From assembly GCA_937901455.1 (NCBI GenBank), contig CALDIA010000087.1:1-58335 (forward strand): 58,335 nt of DNA, written 5' to 3'. This document shows, piece after piece, positions 37,918 through 47,329 of this stretch. Within the stretch, counting starts at the first letter, position 1, and each line of letters begins with the position of its first letter. The DNA is from an uncultured Bacteroidales bacterium. GTDB taxonomy: Bacteria > Bacteroidota > Bacteroidia > Bacteroidales > WCHB1-69. A program made the position numbers and the translations under genes. The notes under the pieces are model-generated. The model was given only the letters and a program-made list of their open reading frames with translations. It was not told the origin of the DNA and did not search any database.

Positions 37918-38804
37918 GCATAGCCTATGTGTTTCCCGGCCAGGGGTCTCAGTTTCCCGGCATGGGTCTGGAATTGTGCAAGCGCTATCCCCTGGCAAAA
38001 AGGCTTTTTGACCAGGCGGACGAGGTTTTGGGTTTCCCCCTTTCCGAAAGCATGTTTCATGGGAGCGATGAGGACCTTGTGGCCACCCGTGTTACACAGC
38101 CAGCGCTCTTCTTGTATGCCTATGCCGCATACCAATGTATGGCTGAACTGCCGCCTGCAATGGTGGCCGGACACTCCTTGGGCGAGTTTACCGCCTTGGC
38201 AGTGAGCGGCGCCGTGACTTTTGAAGAGGCCCTGCAGTTGGTGCTGCAACGAGCCGAAGCCATGTACCAGTGTTGCCTACAGTGCAGCTCCGGGATGCAG
38301 GCAGTGCTGAAATTCGATATTCAAAAGGTTGAGGAAATTTGCCAAGACATCACTGATGAGGTGGTGGTTGCCAACTATAACAGTCCCCAACAGGTGGTCA
38401 TCTCAGGCACCATGGCAGGGTTGCAGTTGGCAATCGAACGGCTGAAGGCAGCCGGCGCCCGCTTCATCATCCCGCTGAAGGTGGGCGGTGCATTCCACTC
38501 CCCTCTGATGAAACCCGCCCAGCAATTGCTGGCTGATGCAATCCGAAAGACCTCCTTCCAACAGCCTGTTTGTCCTATATACCAAAACGTCACCGCCCAG
38601 CCCTCTCAGGACCCCGACACTATCCGTCATAACCTGCTCGACCAAATCGACCATCCTGTGCTGTGGACCCAAAGTGTCAGAAACATGATTCGTGACGGCG
38701 CCGACTTTTTTGTGGAAGTTGGCCCAGGTAATACCCTACAGAATCTCATAAAACGCACTGATACAAAGGTTATAACAAAAAGCATTTTCGATTTCAAGGT
38801 TTGA
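37914..38804 (+). CDS. fabD: Malonyl CoA-ACP transacylase
   Basis: It has the motifs FPGQGSQ and GHSLGE. The start MSIAYVFPGQG is in an ATGA overlap with the metK stop; the ORF-track start is 37866. Confidence 0.9.
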   Translation: MSIAYVFPGQGSQFPGMGLELCKRYPLAKRLFDQADEVLGFPLSESMFHGSDEDLVATRVTQPALFLYAYAAYQCMAELPPAMVAGHSLGEFTALAVSGAVTFEEALQLVLQRAEAMYQCCLQCSSGMQAVLKFDIQKVEEICQDITDEVVVANYNSPQQVVISGTMAGLQLAIERLKAAGARFIIPLKVGGAFHSPLMKPAQQLLADAIRKTSFQQPVCPIYQNVTAQPSQDPDTIRHNLLDQIDHPVLWTQSVRNMIRDGADFFVEVGPGNTLQNLIKRTDTKVITKSIFDFKV

Positions 38805-38840
38805 TTTTTAATAAAAATAATTGATATTTCAAATAGTGAG

Positions 38841-38868
38841 AAGCGCATTTTTTGTGCGCTTTTTTTTA
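38841..38868 (+). terminator. Rho-independent terminator after fabD
   Basis: The sequence is aagcgcattttttgtgcgctttttttt, a 7-bp stem plus a T-run. Confidence 0.75.
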
Positions 38869-38894
38869 TTTGTCTCATAATCAAAAAGAAAAAT

Positions 38895-38916
38895 TATCAA
38901 CTTCATTTTGTTGATA
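38895..38916. promoter_or_regulatory. Inverted repeat TATCAAC-N8-GTTGATA upstream of nrdJ (candidate operator)
   Basis: The arms are perfect 7-bp matches. A third copy of ATATCAAC lies at 38942-38949. The site is in a 310-bp AT-rich leader region. Confidence 0.3.
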
Positions 38917-39114
38917 TTATGTGATGGTTTCAAGACAAAGAATATCAACCAATTTTCTATTTTAGCAGTCAGGTAATTTTCGTCAGAAGAAAACGTTAGG
39001 AATCTCTGATTCAAGCCATTAACTACTGCAATACTTGTTTTAAATATACGTATTCTGAGACTAATGCCATCATTAGTGATATTAGTAACAATTTTTAAAG
39101 CTATTAATTAGTGT

Positions 39115-41832
39115 ATGAGTAACGATTTATCTCTTTTTGGATTTGAAGAAAACGACATAATGGAAGAAGCTGCCTATTCCCAAGAGGAATCTAAGTCGGC
39201 CTTGGTGCAGCTGCGGCAGCAGAAGGTACAGCAGTCATTTCAGCAGGATACTTTGACCGAGGCGGTTGAGGCAGGGGAGCAGCCTGTTGCTGAAGAGAAG
39301 GAGCGTAAGATTTACACCAAACAAGAGATATTGGCGGATGTGGTGGCCTATTTTGGTGGTGACGAGCTGGCAGCGGGTGTGTGGATTGACAAGTATGCCT
39401 TGAAGGATAAGGAGGGCCGCTTGCTGGAGCGTACGCCTGAGGACATGCACCGTCGTATGGCGCGCGAGTTTGCCCGTATCGAAAATCGTTACATCCATCC
39501 AATGAGTGAAGAGGAGATTTTCCATCTGTTTGATCATTTCAAATATGTCATTCCTCAGGGAAGTCCGATGGCCGGTATCGGCAATAATGACCAGATTGTA
39601 TCTTTGTCAAACTGTTTCGTCATCGGTAATGAGGGAGACTCTGACTCCTATGGTGGCATTATTCGCATGGATGAGGAGCAAGTGCAGCTGATGAAACGTC
39701 GCGGGGGCGTGGGGCACGACCTCTCCAATATTCGCCCTTCGGGCAGTCATGTGCAGAATTGTGCCTTGACCTCCACGGGGGTGGTGCCCTTCATGGAGCG
39801 CTATTCCAATTCCACCCGCGAGGTGGCACAAGACGGTCGCCGCGGTGCCCTCATGCTCTCTATCTCCATCAAACACCCTGATTCCGAAAAATTCATCGAT
39901 GCCAAAATGACCGAAGGCAAGGTGACTGGTGCCAATGTTTCTGTCCGTATCGATGATGACTTCATGAAAGCTGTCCAAAACGGTACTCCCTACGTGCAGC
40001 AATATCCCATCGATGCCGAGAATCCTAAAGTGAGCAGCACAATAGACGCTTCAAAACTCTGGAACAAGATTATCCATAACGCTTGGAAGTCGGCAGAACC
40101 CGGCGTGCTTTTCTGGGACACCATCCGCCGCGAGTCTGTGCCCGACTGCTATGCTGACGAGGGATTCAAGACTACTTCCACCAACCCATGTGGCGAGATA
40201 CCCCTCTGCCCGTATGATAGCTGCCGTCTCATTGCCCTTAACCTATACAGCTATGTGGAGGAACCCTTTACCGAGAAGGCTTACTTCAATATGCCTCTTT
40301 TCAAGCAGCATGTGCAGTATGCCCAACGTTTGATGGACGACATCATAGACCTTGAGTTGGAAAAAATAGACCGGATTCTGGCAAAGATAGAGAGCGATCC
40401 CGAGAGCAATGATTTGAAAAATGTGGAGCATAATTTGTGGCTTAAGATCCGCAGACAGTCGCTTAAAGGCCGCCGTACCGGTTTGGGCATCACGGCTGAA
40501 GGCGATATGTTGGCCGCCTTGAATATTCGTTATGGCTCCGACGAAGGCAATGCCTTCTCCACGGAGGTACACAAGCAGTTGGCTTTGGCCGCCTATCGTT
40601 CGTCTGTCAATATGGCCAAAGAGCGTGGCGCTTTCCCCATCTACAGTTGTATTAAGGAAGGTCATAACCCCTTCATCCAGCGCATTCAGAAGGCCGATCC
40701 GAAATTATACGAGGATATGGTTAGATATGGCCGCCGCAACATTGCCTTGCTGACTATTGCCCCCACCGGCAGCGTGAGCATCTGTACACAAACAACCTCC
40801 GGAATTGAACCGGCCTTTAATGTGGTGTACAAACGCCGCCGCAAAATCAATCCTAACGATATCAATATCACCAAGAATATTGTCAAAGACTCCATGGGTG
40901 ACCAGTTTGAGGAGTATATGGTCTTTCACCAGAAGTTTGTGGTGTGGGCCGGGACGAAAGGCTACTCTTTGGAGCAGATGCAGAACATGACCGAAACGGA
41001 AATCATGTCGTTGGTGGAACAATCACCCTATTATAAGTCCACTGCCGCCGATACCGATTATATCAAGAAGGTAGAATTGCAGGGCTCTGTGCAAAAATGG
41101 GTTGATCACTCCATCTCCGTGACCGTTAATTTGCCTGCTGACATTTCCGAACAGACGGTGGCTGACCTTTATCTCAAGGCTTGGCAATGCGGCTGCAAAG
41201 GCCTGACCGTTTATCGGGAAGGCTCCCGCGATGGCGTTCTCAATAGCATCACCCCCAAGAAGGAAGAAAAAACTACCCCCAAAAATTTCAAACGCCCGAA
41301 GGAATTGCAGGCCGATATTATCCATTTTAAAAACAATAATGAAGATTGGGTGGCTTACATAGGTCTGTACAAAGACCGTCCATACGAAATATTCACGGGT
41401 AAGACAGGCGATGAACACTTCTTGTTACCGAAGTGGGTAGATCATGGCGTCATCATCAAGAATCGTCATGAGGACGGTACCAAAACCTACGATTTCAAAT
41501 ATTACGACAAGGCAGGCTATGAAGTGCTGCTGCGTGGTTTGGACCGCTGCTTTGACCAAGAGTTCTGGAACTATGCCAAGTTCACTTCTGCCCTGTTGCG
41601 CAACGGTATGCCCATTCTGAATATTGTGAACATTATATCAGGACTGAATTTCCGCCAAGAGAGCATCAACTCTTGGAGAAACGGTGTGTGCCGCGCATTG
41701 AAGAAATTCATCCAAGACGGAACGAAACAAAAAGGCGTAGTTTGTCCTAATTGCCAACAGAAAGACACCATGGAGTTTAAAGAAGGCTGTTTGGTATGCT
41801 CCAACTGCGGCTATTCCAAGTGCGGTTCATAA
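39115..41832 (+). CDS. nrdJ: Adenosylcobalamin-dependent (class II) ribonucleotide reductase
   Basis: 905 aa with the catalytic loop STNPCGEIPL and RNR barrel blocks. The C-terminal Cys-rich zinc ribbon is CPNCQQKDTMEFKEGCLVCSNCGYSKCGS. About 65 aa of acidic/Gln-rich N-terminal extension precede it, so an internal start is possible. Confidence 0.85.
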   Translation: MSNDLSLFGFEENDIMEEAAYSQEESKSALVQLRQQKVQQSFQQDTLTEAVEAGEQPVAEEKERKIYTKQEILADVVAYFGGDELAAGVWIDKYALKDKEGRLLERTPEDMHRRMAREFARIENRYIHPMSEEEIFHLFDHFKYVIPQGSPMAGIGNNDQIVSLSNCFVIGNEGDSDSYGGIIRMDEEQVQLMKRRGGVGHDLSNIRPSGSHVQNCALTSTGVVPFMERYSNSTREVAQDGRRGALMLSISIKHPDSEKFIDAKMTEGKVTGANVSVRIDDDFMKAVQNGTPYVQQYPIDAENPKVSSTIDASKLWNKIIHNAWKSAEPGVLFWDTIRRESVPDCYADEGFKTTSTNPCGEIPLCPYDSCRLIALNLYSYVEEPFTEKAYFNMPLFKQHVQYAQRLMDDIIDLELEKIDRILAKIESDPESNDLKNVEHNLWLKIRRQSLKGRRTGLGITAEGDMLAALNIRYGSDEGNAFSTEVHKQLALAAYRSSVNMAKERGAFPIYSCIKEGHNPFIQRIQKADPKLYEDMVRYGRRNIALLTIAPTGSVSICTQTTSGIEPAFNVVYKRRRKINPNDINITKNIVKDSMGDQFEEYMVFHQKFVVWAGTKGYSLEQMQNMTETEIMSLVEQSPYYKSTAADTDYIKKVELQGSVQKWVDHSISVTVNLPADISEQTVADLYLKAWQCGCKGLTVYREGSRDGVLNSITPKKEEKTTPKNFKRPKELQADIIHFKNNNEDWVAYIGLYKDRPYEIFTGKTGDEHFLLPKWVDHGVIIKNRHEDGTKTYDFKYYDKAGYEVLLRGLDRCFDQEFWNYAKFTSALLRNGMPILNIVNIISGLNFRQESINSWRNGVCRALKKFIQDGTKQKGVVCPNCQQKDTMEFKEGCLVCSNCGYSKCGS

Positions 41833-41841
41833 TATCTTGTC

Positions 41842-42591
41842 ATGCAAGCATCCATTGATAATATAGTTAATATCTTTATACCCTGTCAGATGGACATGTT
41901 TCTGCCCGACAGTGCTTATAGTATGAAGTCTGTGTTGGAGAATATTGGCGTGCGATGTCAATATTTCAGTGAACTGACTTGCTGCGGTCGGCGTTTCATG
42001 ATGGAGGGCAAGGAGGAGCATGCCAAGAAGTTGGGCAGTCAAGTGGTGGACATCCTGCGTTCCAAAACCCATATTGTGGTGCCTGACTGTGGGTGTGCCG
42101 GCTTTATGAAGATGCATTATAAGCGATTGTTGGTGAACCAACATTCCACCCAAGAGTTGCAAGACTTCACCCGAAATATCTTTGAGATTTGCGACTATAT
42201 TGTCAATATTCGGAAAGTGGAGTGTTTGGGCAATGAGTTCAACCATCGGGTTTACTACTTCCAGTCGTGTGCTGCCCGCAATTTATACCCGAGCAATGAC
42301 GCACCTGAGGTTTTGCTTCGCAATACGAAGGGGTTGGAGTTGCTTGTCGCCCCTGACCAGCCCATCTGTTGTGGCGCTAATGGTCATTTTGCCATGTCCA
42401 ACCCGACAGTCGCTGAAGGATTGACAGGAGCTATTGTGGAACAAGCCTACCGCATGGGTGCCGAATTCATCACCTCCACAGACATACACTGCCTGCAGAT
42501 GATTGATGCCTATAAGACAGCCCACAATGTTGAAATTGAAGTGATGCATGTTGTGGACATTCTGAAGGGTGAAATGCCAGAAACCTATTAA
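41842..42591 (+). CDS. (Fe-S)-binding CCG-domain protein, LutA/YkgE/HdrB-like
   Basis: 249 aa with two cysteine-rich CCG motifs (ELTCCGRRF and PICCGANGHF). No ferredoxin domain is present. It starts 9 nt after the nrdJ stop. Confidence 0.75.
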   Translation: MQASIDNIVNIFIPCQMDMFLPDSAYSMKSVLENIGVRCQYFSELTCCGRRFMMEGKEEHAKKLGSQVVDILRSKTHIVVPDCGCAGFMKMHYKRLLVNQHSTQELQDFTRNIFEICDYIVNIRKVECLGNEFNHRVYYFQSCAARNLYPSNDAPEVLLRNTKGLELLVAPDQPICCGANGHFAMSNPTVAEGLTGAIVEQAYRMGAEFITSTDIHCLQMIDAYKTAHNVEIEVMHVVDILKGEMPETY

Positions 42592-43490
42592 TCTCGGAAA
42601 TCGTAGCCGAAGCGACGCATCTGTAACTCGCTGTTACGCCAATCTTTCAGTACTTTTACGGAAATATCCAGAAAAACGTGCTTTTGAAGGAAGTCTTCAA
42701 TGGCAGTGCGCGATTCAATGCCCAGTTTTTTGATGGCAGCTCCTTTTTTTCCTATGATGATGGCCTTTTGGGTGTCGCGCTCCACATACAAGGTGGTGCC
42801 GATGCGTACCATCTTTTCATCTTCCTTGTAACTTTCCACCACCACCTCTACACTGTATGGAATCTCTTTTTGGTATTGTAACAGTATTTGCTCACGTATC
42901 AGTTCTGACACGAAGAAGCGCATCGGTCGGTCGGTGAGGGCGTCTTTTGGAAAATAAGGCGGGCACACGGGTAGCAACTCAATGATTCTTTCGCAGAGCG
43001 TATCCACATTGATGCGCTGAAGCGCCGAGACAGTAAAGATGTCCGCTTCAGGAAAAATTTCAGTCCAAAAAGAGCGCGAAGCTTGTATCTGATCCTCGGT
43101 ACATTTGTCTATCTTATTTATGACCAATAGGATGGGTTTTCCTAACGATTTAATTTTATCAACCAGCTCGGCATTATATTTCGTCTCATTACACTCTACA
43201 AGATAAAGGATGATGTCGGCATCTTGCAGCGAATCAACCACAAAGTGCATCATCATCTTTTGCATCATATAAGCGGGATCGAGCACCCCGGGGAGGTCTG
43301 AATAGACAATTTGGAAATCATCTCCATTCACGATACCCTTGATGCGGTGACGGGTGGTCTGGGCCTTGGAGGTCATGATGGAAATCTTTTCTCCTACCAA
43401 TTGGTTCATGAGCGTGCTTTTTCCCACATTGGGGTTGCCAATCAGGTTAACAAAACCGGCTTTATGATTATCGGGATAGGTATTATTCAT
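42588..43490 (-). CDS. era: GTPase Era
   Basis: 300 aa with G1 GNPNVGKST, G3 DLPG, G4 NKID and a C-terminal KH domain. Confidence 0.9.
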   Translation of the reverse strand: MNNTYPDNHKAGFVNLIGNPNVGKSTLMNQLVGEKISIMTSKAQTTRHRIKGIVNGDDFQIVYSDLPGVLDPAYMMQKMMMHFVVDSLQDADIILYLVECNETKYNAELVDKIKSLGKPILLVINKIDKCTEDQIQASRSFWTEIFPEADIFTVSALQRINVDTLCERIIELLPVCPPYFPKDALTDRPMRFFVSELIREQILLQYQKEIPYSVEVVVESYKEDEKMVRIGTTLYVERDTQKAIIIGKKGAAIKKLGIESRTAIEDFLQKHVFLDISVKVLKDWRNSELQMRRFGYDFRD

Positions 43491-44274
43491 TGCTATTTTT
43501 TTCTGAAAAGTAATGGATTTGGGGTGCAGGTTGATCTTGGTTCATGGAGAGGTAGCTGAAATGGGTAAACCAATCACCGCAATTGAAGTAGGTGGCCTTG
43601 TCGGTCAGTTGGTATTGCTGTGGGAGGTGTAAATGTGCGAAGATGAAGAAGTCGTAGTCTTCCTGTACTAATTGTTGGCGGGCATAGCGCACTTGGGGTT
43701 CCTCCTCACCTCGGAAGAGGCTTGGCTTTTTAAGGTTCGATTTTCGGCTTTTAGCTGAGAAAAATCGGGCTATGGCAAAAGCGAAGCGTGGATGCAACAT
43801 ACTATAAACAAATTGGTTGGTCTTGAGAGCGAATATGGATTTGATGAATCTGTACCCGAGCTGTTTGCCTCCAAGGCCATCCCCATGACCAATAATGCAG
43901 CGCTTGCCGTTGATGATAAAGCAAGCCGGCTCGTTGAAAATGATGCATCCTATCTGCCCTGGGAAAAAGTCCTGTAGCCACATATCATGGTTTCCGGTGA
44001 AATAGTAAAGTTGAACCCCCTTGCAGCGCAGTTCATACAGTTTTTGATATAGTTTGAAATAGCCCTTGGGTGCCACATCCTGATACTCGAACCAGAAGTC
44101 GAAAACATCTCCCAGCAGGAAAAGGTGTTGGATTTGGTCGGCTTGCTGGTTGAGAAACTGCACCAACAACTCTTCGCGAAAACGGCTCTCGTCATCAACG
44201 GGAACCATAAAGTGCATGTCTGACACGAAACAGGCATTACCTTTTATGACGATGGGGGATGTGTTTTTTTCCAT
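43483..44274 (-). CDS. lpxH: UDP-2,3-diacylglucosamine diphosphatase
   Basis: 263 aa with metallophosphoesterase motifs SDMHF, GDVFDFW, GNHD and GHGD in LpxH spacing. Confidence 0.8.
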   Translation of the reverse strand: MEKNTSPIVIKGNACFVSDMHFMVPVDDESRFREELLVQFLNQQADQIQHLFLLGDVFDFWFEYQDVAPKGYFKLYQKLYELRCKGVQLYYFTGNHDMWLQDFFPGQIGCIIFNEPACFIINGKRCIIGHGDGLGGKQLGYRFIKSIFALKTNQFVYSMLHPRFAFAIARFFSAKSRKSNLKKPSLFRGEEEPQVRYARQQLVQEDYDFFIFAHLHLPQQYQLTDKATYFNCGDWFTHFSYLSMNQDQPAPQIHYFSEKNSNE

Positions 44275-44281
44275 GAGTTGG

Positions 44282-45265
44282 TTAGAATTTGTTCACCCAT
44301 TCAGCCACTTCTAAAGCGGGGATGTCTTGCATACATTTGAAGTGCTTGTGGGGGCATTGTTTGTGTCCTAATTTGGAGCACGGTCGGCATTGGAGCGGGC
44401 AAACTTCGAAATTGCGGAATTGTTTCCTTTGGCCGGGCATATAGGGGTACATGCCAAATTCAGGAATGGTATTGCCCCACAGGACGGCTGTCGGTTTCTG
44501 GAAAGCGGCGGCAATGTGCATGAGGCCAGTGTCACCGGTGATGACACAGTCGGCCTGCTGAATAATGGAGGCTGTCTGGAACAACGAATACTGGCCACAG
44601 CCGTTATAGGCTCTTTCCCCCAAGGCATTTTCCACCTCTTCACCAGCCGCTTGCACATCTTTTCCGCCCAGCAGCATGACGGGTTTGTGCAAGATACGAC
44701 CTATCTCAATCACTTTGCTGGTAGGGATGCGCTTGGTGGCATGAGCTCCCGCCATGACAACGGCCACAAAGCCGTCTTCAAAGACCATAGGGAAGTCCTC
44801 CTCCTCAAAAACCCCGTTTTCGGGGATGTAAAATTCCAAGCCTTTATGGTCATTGGATACACCGAGCAGCCGTACAGTCTCAAAATAGCGGTTCACAATA
44901 TGCTCGTCAGGCAAAAGGTTGAGCTTTAGGTACACGCAGATCCACTTCTTGAAATCCAGCTTCCTGAAGGTGAGGGATGAAATGTGCAGACGGTGGCACA
45001 CCTGTCTTGATCGATGATTGTTTTGGAGGTCCACAACGGTGTCGTAGTTCTCTTCAGCTAAAGTCTTTATTAATTCAGCCACATGTTCACTATCGTATAG
45101 GTGCAACTTGTCGATGTGCGGATTGTAAGCAAGCACATCCTTCATATTCTTTTTAACCAGGTAGTGAAGCTCAGCCATCGGATACTGAGTTTTGATGGCT
45201 CTGATAACGGGGGTTGTCAGTACGATGTCTCCGATTGAACTCAACCGGATGATCAATATCTTCAT
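44282..45265 (-). CDS. Glycosyltransferase family 9 (heptosyltransferase-like)
   Basis: The start was set at MKILIIRLSSIGDIVLTTP, the canonical GT9 N-terminus; the ORF-track start is 45382. The C-terminal half contains GDTGLMHIAAA. Confidence 0.75.
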   Translation of the reverse strand: MKILIIRLSSIGDIVLTTPVIRAIKTQYPMAELHYLVKKNMKDVLAYNPHIDKLHLYDSEHVAELIKTLAEENYDTVVDLQNNHRSRQVCHRLHISSLTFRKLDFKKWICVYLKLNLLPDEHIVNRYFETVRLLGVSNDHKGLEFYIPENGVFEEEDFPMVFEDGFVAVVMAGAHATKRIPTSKVIEIGRILHKPVMLLGGKDVQAAGEEVENALGERAYNGCGQYSLFQTASIIQQADCVITGDTGLMHIAAAFQKPTAVLWGNTIPEFGMYPYMPGQRKQFRNFEVCPLQCRPCSKLGHKQCPHKHFKCMQDIPALEVAEWVNKF

Positions 45266-45300
45266 CGCCGACGGGGGTTGTATTTCATCCATAATAATTG

Positions 45301-46455
45301 TTAATCGTTGTTTCTGTTTCTGATATCTTGATTTTCGAAATTGTCCACGGGGGTTCCGTAAATTTTGAGGAGGTAACACCACATTTTCTCTTTGGAAACA
45401 TCTGCCACGCAGATTTTGGATTGGAGATAGGTTTCAAAACGGATTTTTTCCTCAGGACTGTAGTGCTCGGCGTGGCGGTCGTTGCCATGCAGCAGGTCGT
45501 TGGCTATGTAGTTGTTGGCGAAGAGTTGGTAGTTTTGATAGATTTGCCGGTCTATCAGTTTGCACACGGCGTCCAGTTTTTGGTTGTTGTTGAGGGCAGG
45601 GTCAATGGTGTCAATTTCGTCTTGTAATGGGCTGCCGAGCACTAACGAGACGCGTCCCTTTTGCTGGAAGATGCCTTGTTTGATACTGTTGAAGTCCTCT
45701 CCGGGTTGTTTTTCGTAGTGTCCAGATTCCTTGAGGGCTTCTTCACGGGCTTTCAGTTGATCGCAAGGTTCAAACTCGTAGGATATGGACATAGGCACGA
45801 TGTTCATGGCCTTGATGGTTTCCAACAGGTCTTTTGAGTGTCCCATAGTGACCATTTTCAGGAGTCCTTGTTTGGTGTAGTCATCTCCATTTTTGGTGCG
45901 GCCGTCGCGTTGGGCTATCCATACCGACTCTTTATTCTCAAAGAGACTATATTGAATATAGGCGGAAAGTTGCTGGAAGTTGGTCAGTTTTTCGCGAATG
46001 TTGTCGCTGTCGCGTTTGACTATGATCATCTTGTTGGTGCGTCCGATATCTGCCACCAAAGGGGTGGAGAGCAGGTTATTGCCAATGGCGATCTTGCTGG
46101 TGTTGCGCTTCTTGATTAAGAAATAGTATTGCAGCATAGCAGGGTCAAAGGTAATGTCGCGATGATTGCTGATGTACAAATAGGCTTTGTCAGGGTTTGT
46201 GTATTCAATTCCCGCCATGGATACACCCTTGGTAGTGGTCTTAGTGAAAGTTTCTAAAAATCGACGGATGAAGCTTTGCTGAATGTCATACACAGAATGA
46301 CATTTTTCAAGGTCATCAGGCAGTTGCTGAATAGCGTAATTTGGGATGCATTTGGCCACAGCATCTTGGAAACGAGCATCATTCAACAATCTGAGGTAAG
46401 CAGCTTTAGCTTCCTCAAAAGTGTAGGGCCTGATATCATCAAAATAATCTGTCAT
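45301..46455 (-). CDS. PlsC-family acyltransferase (lysophospholipid acyltransferase-like)
   Basis: 384 aa with the acyltransferase block ISNHRDITFD and a downstream IAQRDGRT-type block. It is the first gene of a unit with GT9, lpxH and era. Confidence 0.6.
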   Translation of the reverse strand: MTDYFDDIRPYTFEEAKAAYLRLLNDARFQDAVAKCIPNYAIQQLPDDLEKCHSVYDIQQSFIRRFLETFTKTTTKGVSMAGIEYTNPDKAYLYISNHRDITFDPAMLQYYFLIKKRNTSKIAIGNNLLSTPLVADIGRTNKMIIVKRDSDNIREKLTNFQQLSAYIQYSLFENKESVWIAQRDGRTKNGDDYTKQGLLKMVTMGHSKDLLETIKAMNIVPMSISYEFEPCDQLKAREEALKESGHYEKQPGEDFNSIKQGIFQQKGRVSLVLGSPLQDEIDTIDPALNNNQKLDAVCKLIDRQIYQNYQLFANNYIANDLLHGNDRHAEHYSPEEKIRFETYLQSKICVADVSKEKMWCYLLKIYGTPVDNFENQDIRNRNND

Positions 46456-46487
46456 CGTTATATAGCGGATGTTTCAATTCCAGGCTG

Positions 46488-46495
46488 CAAAAATA
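46488..46495 (-). promoter_or_regulatory. TAnnTTTG -7 box for the acyltransferase-GT9-lpxH-era unit
   Basis: Plus-strand caaaaata lies 33 nt upstream of the ATG at 46455. Confidence 0.5.
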
Positions 46496-46548
46496 ATAAA
46501 AATATCCGAGAGGATAAGCGGTTGGGGGACGAAGAGGCCTAAGCATGT

Positions 46549-47328
46549 TCAAAGTGTTTGATGGAAGGGATAGCGGGCGAGGTGTTCGTAGTCGGTGATG
46601 CTCAGTTGTTCGGCGCGCAGTCCGAAAAGAGGGTCATTTTGCACCACCTCTGCGGGGAATAGGAGGGTGCTTAGAGCGTTGCGCAGGGTTTTGCGTCGGT
46701 AGTTGAAGGCGGTCTTCACTACCTGCTTAAAAGCCTGCTCGTCACAGTTGAGTCGCTTGTCGAAGTTTCGGGTCAAGCGTATCACAGCCGATTTTACCTT
46801 TGGGGGAGGGGAGAATTCGTGTTCGCCAACGGTGAACAGGTATTCGGCATCGTAATAGGCTTGCAGCAGCACGCTGAGGATGCCGTATTGCTTGTTGCCA
46901 GCATGGGCTGTAACGCGCTCTCCAACCTCTTTTTGGAACATGCCTACTAACTCCAAAGCTTGGTCTTTATGATCCAAAAGTTTGAAGAGAATCTGCGAGG
47001 AAATATTGTATGGAAAGTTGCCGGCAATGACAAAAGGGCCATCAAAGTAGGCGGGCAAGTCAAAGCGCAGGAAGTCGGCATGAATGATCTTGGCGCCCAA
47101 TTCTGGGAAGTGTTCTTGAAGGTAAGCAACGGATTCTTCGTCCAGTTCGATTACAGACAGGTCGGCGATGTCCTGCTGAAGGAGGTATTTGGTGAGTACA
47201 CCCATACCAGGGCCGATTTCCAGCATGTGGGCGTGGGGTGTGCGAACCGCTTCGGCGATGCGCTGGGCAATTTCTTCATTTGTCAGGAAGTGCTGCCCCA
47301 ACCGTTTTTTGGCGTGTACTGTCCTCAT
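46549..47328 (-). CDS. rsmA: 16S rRNA (adenine1518/1519-N6)-dimethyltransferase
   Basis: It has the motifs KKRLGQHFL, EIGPGMG and NFPYNISS. The start was set at MRTVHAKK, one nt after the upstream stop; the ORF-track start is 47553. Confidence 0.9.
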   Translation of the reverse strand: MRTVHAKKRLGQHFLTNEEIAQRIAEAVRTPHAHMLEIGPGMGVLTKYLLQQDIADLSVIELDEESVAYLQEHFPELGAKIIHADFLRFDLPAYFDGPFVIAGNFPYNISSQILFKLLDHKDQALELVGMFQKEVGERVTAHAGNKQYGILSVLLQAYYDAEYLFTVGEHEFSPPPKVKSAVIRLTRNFDKRLNCDEQAFKQVVKTAFNYRRKTLRNALSTLLFPAEVVQNDPLFGLRAEQLSITDYEHLARYPFHQTL

Positions 47329-47329
47329 G

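Noticed and set aside
38895-38949. NrdR boxes upstream of nrdJ.
   Set aside because: The repeat TATCAAC/GTTGATA does not fit the 16-bp NrdR palindrome (acaCwAtATaTwGtgt) as I recall it. It is reported only as an unassigned operator candidate.
38829-39014. A 61-aa minus-strand ORF in the nrdJ upstream region.
   Set aside because: The DNA is AT-rich and low-complexity. The product is Lys/Asn/Phe/Ile-biased, with no promoter box or conserved motif. It is most likely a chance ORF.
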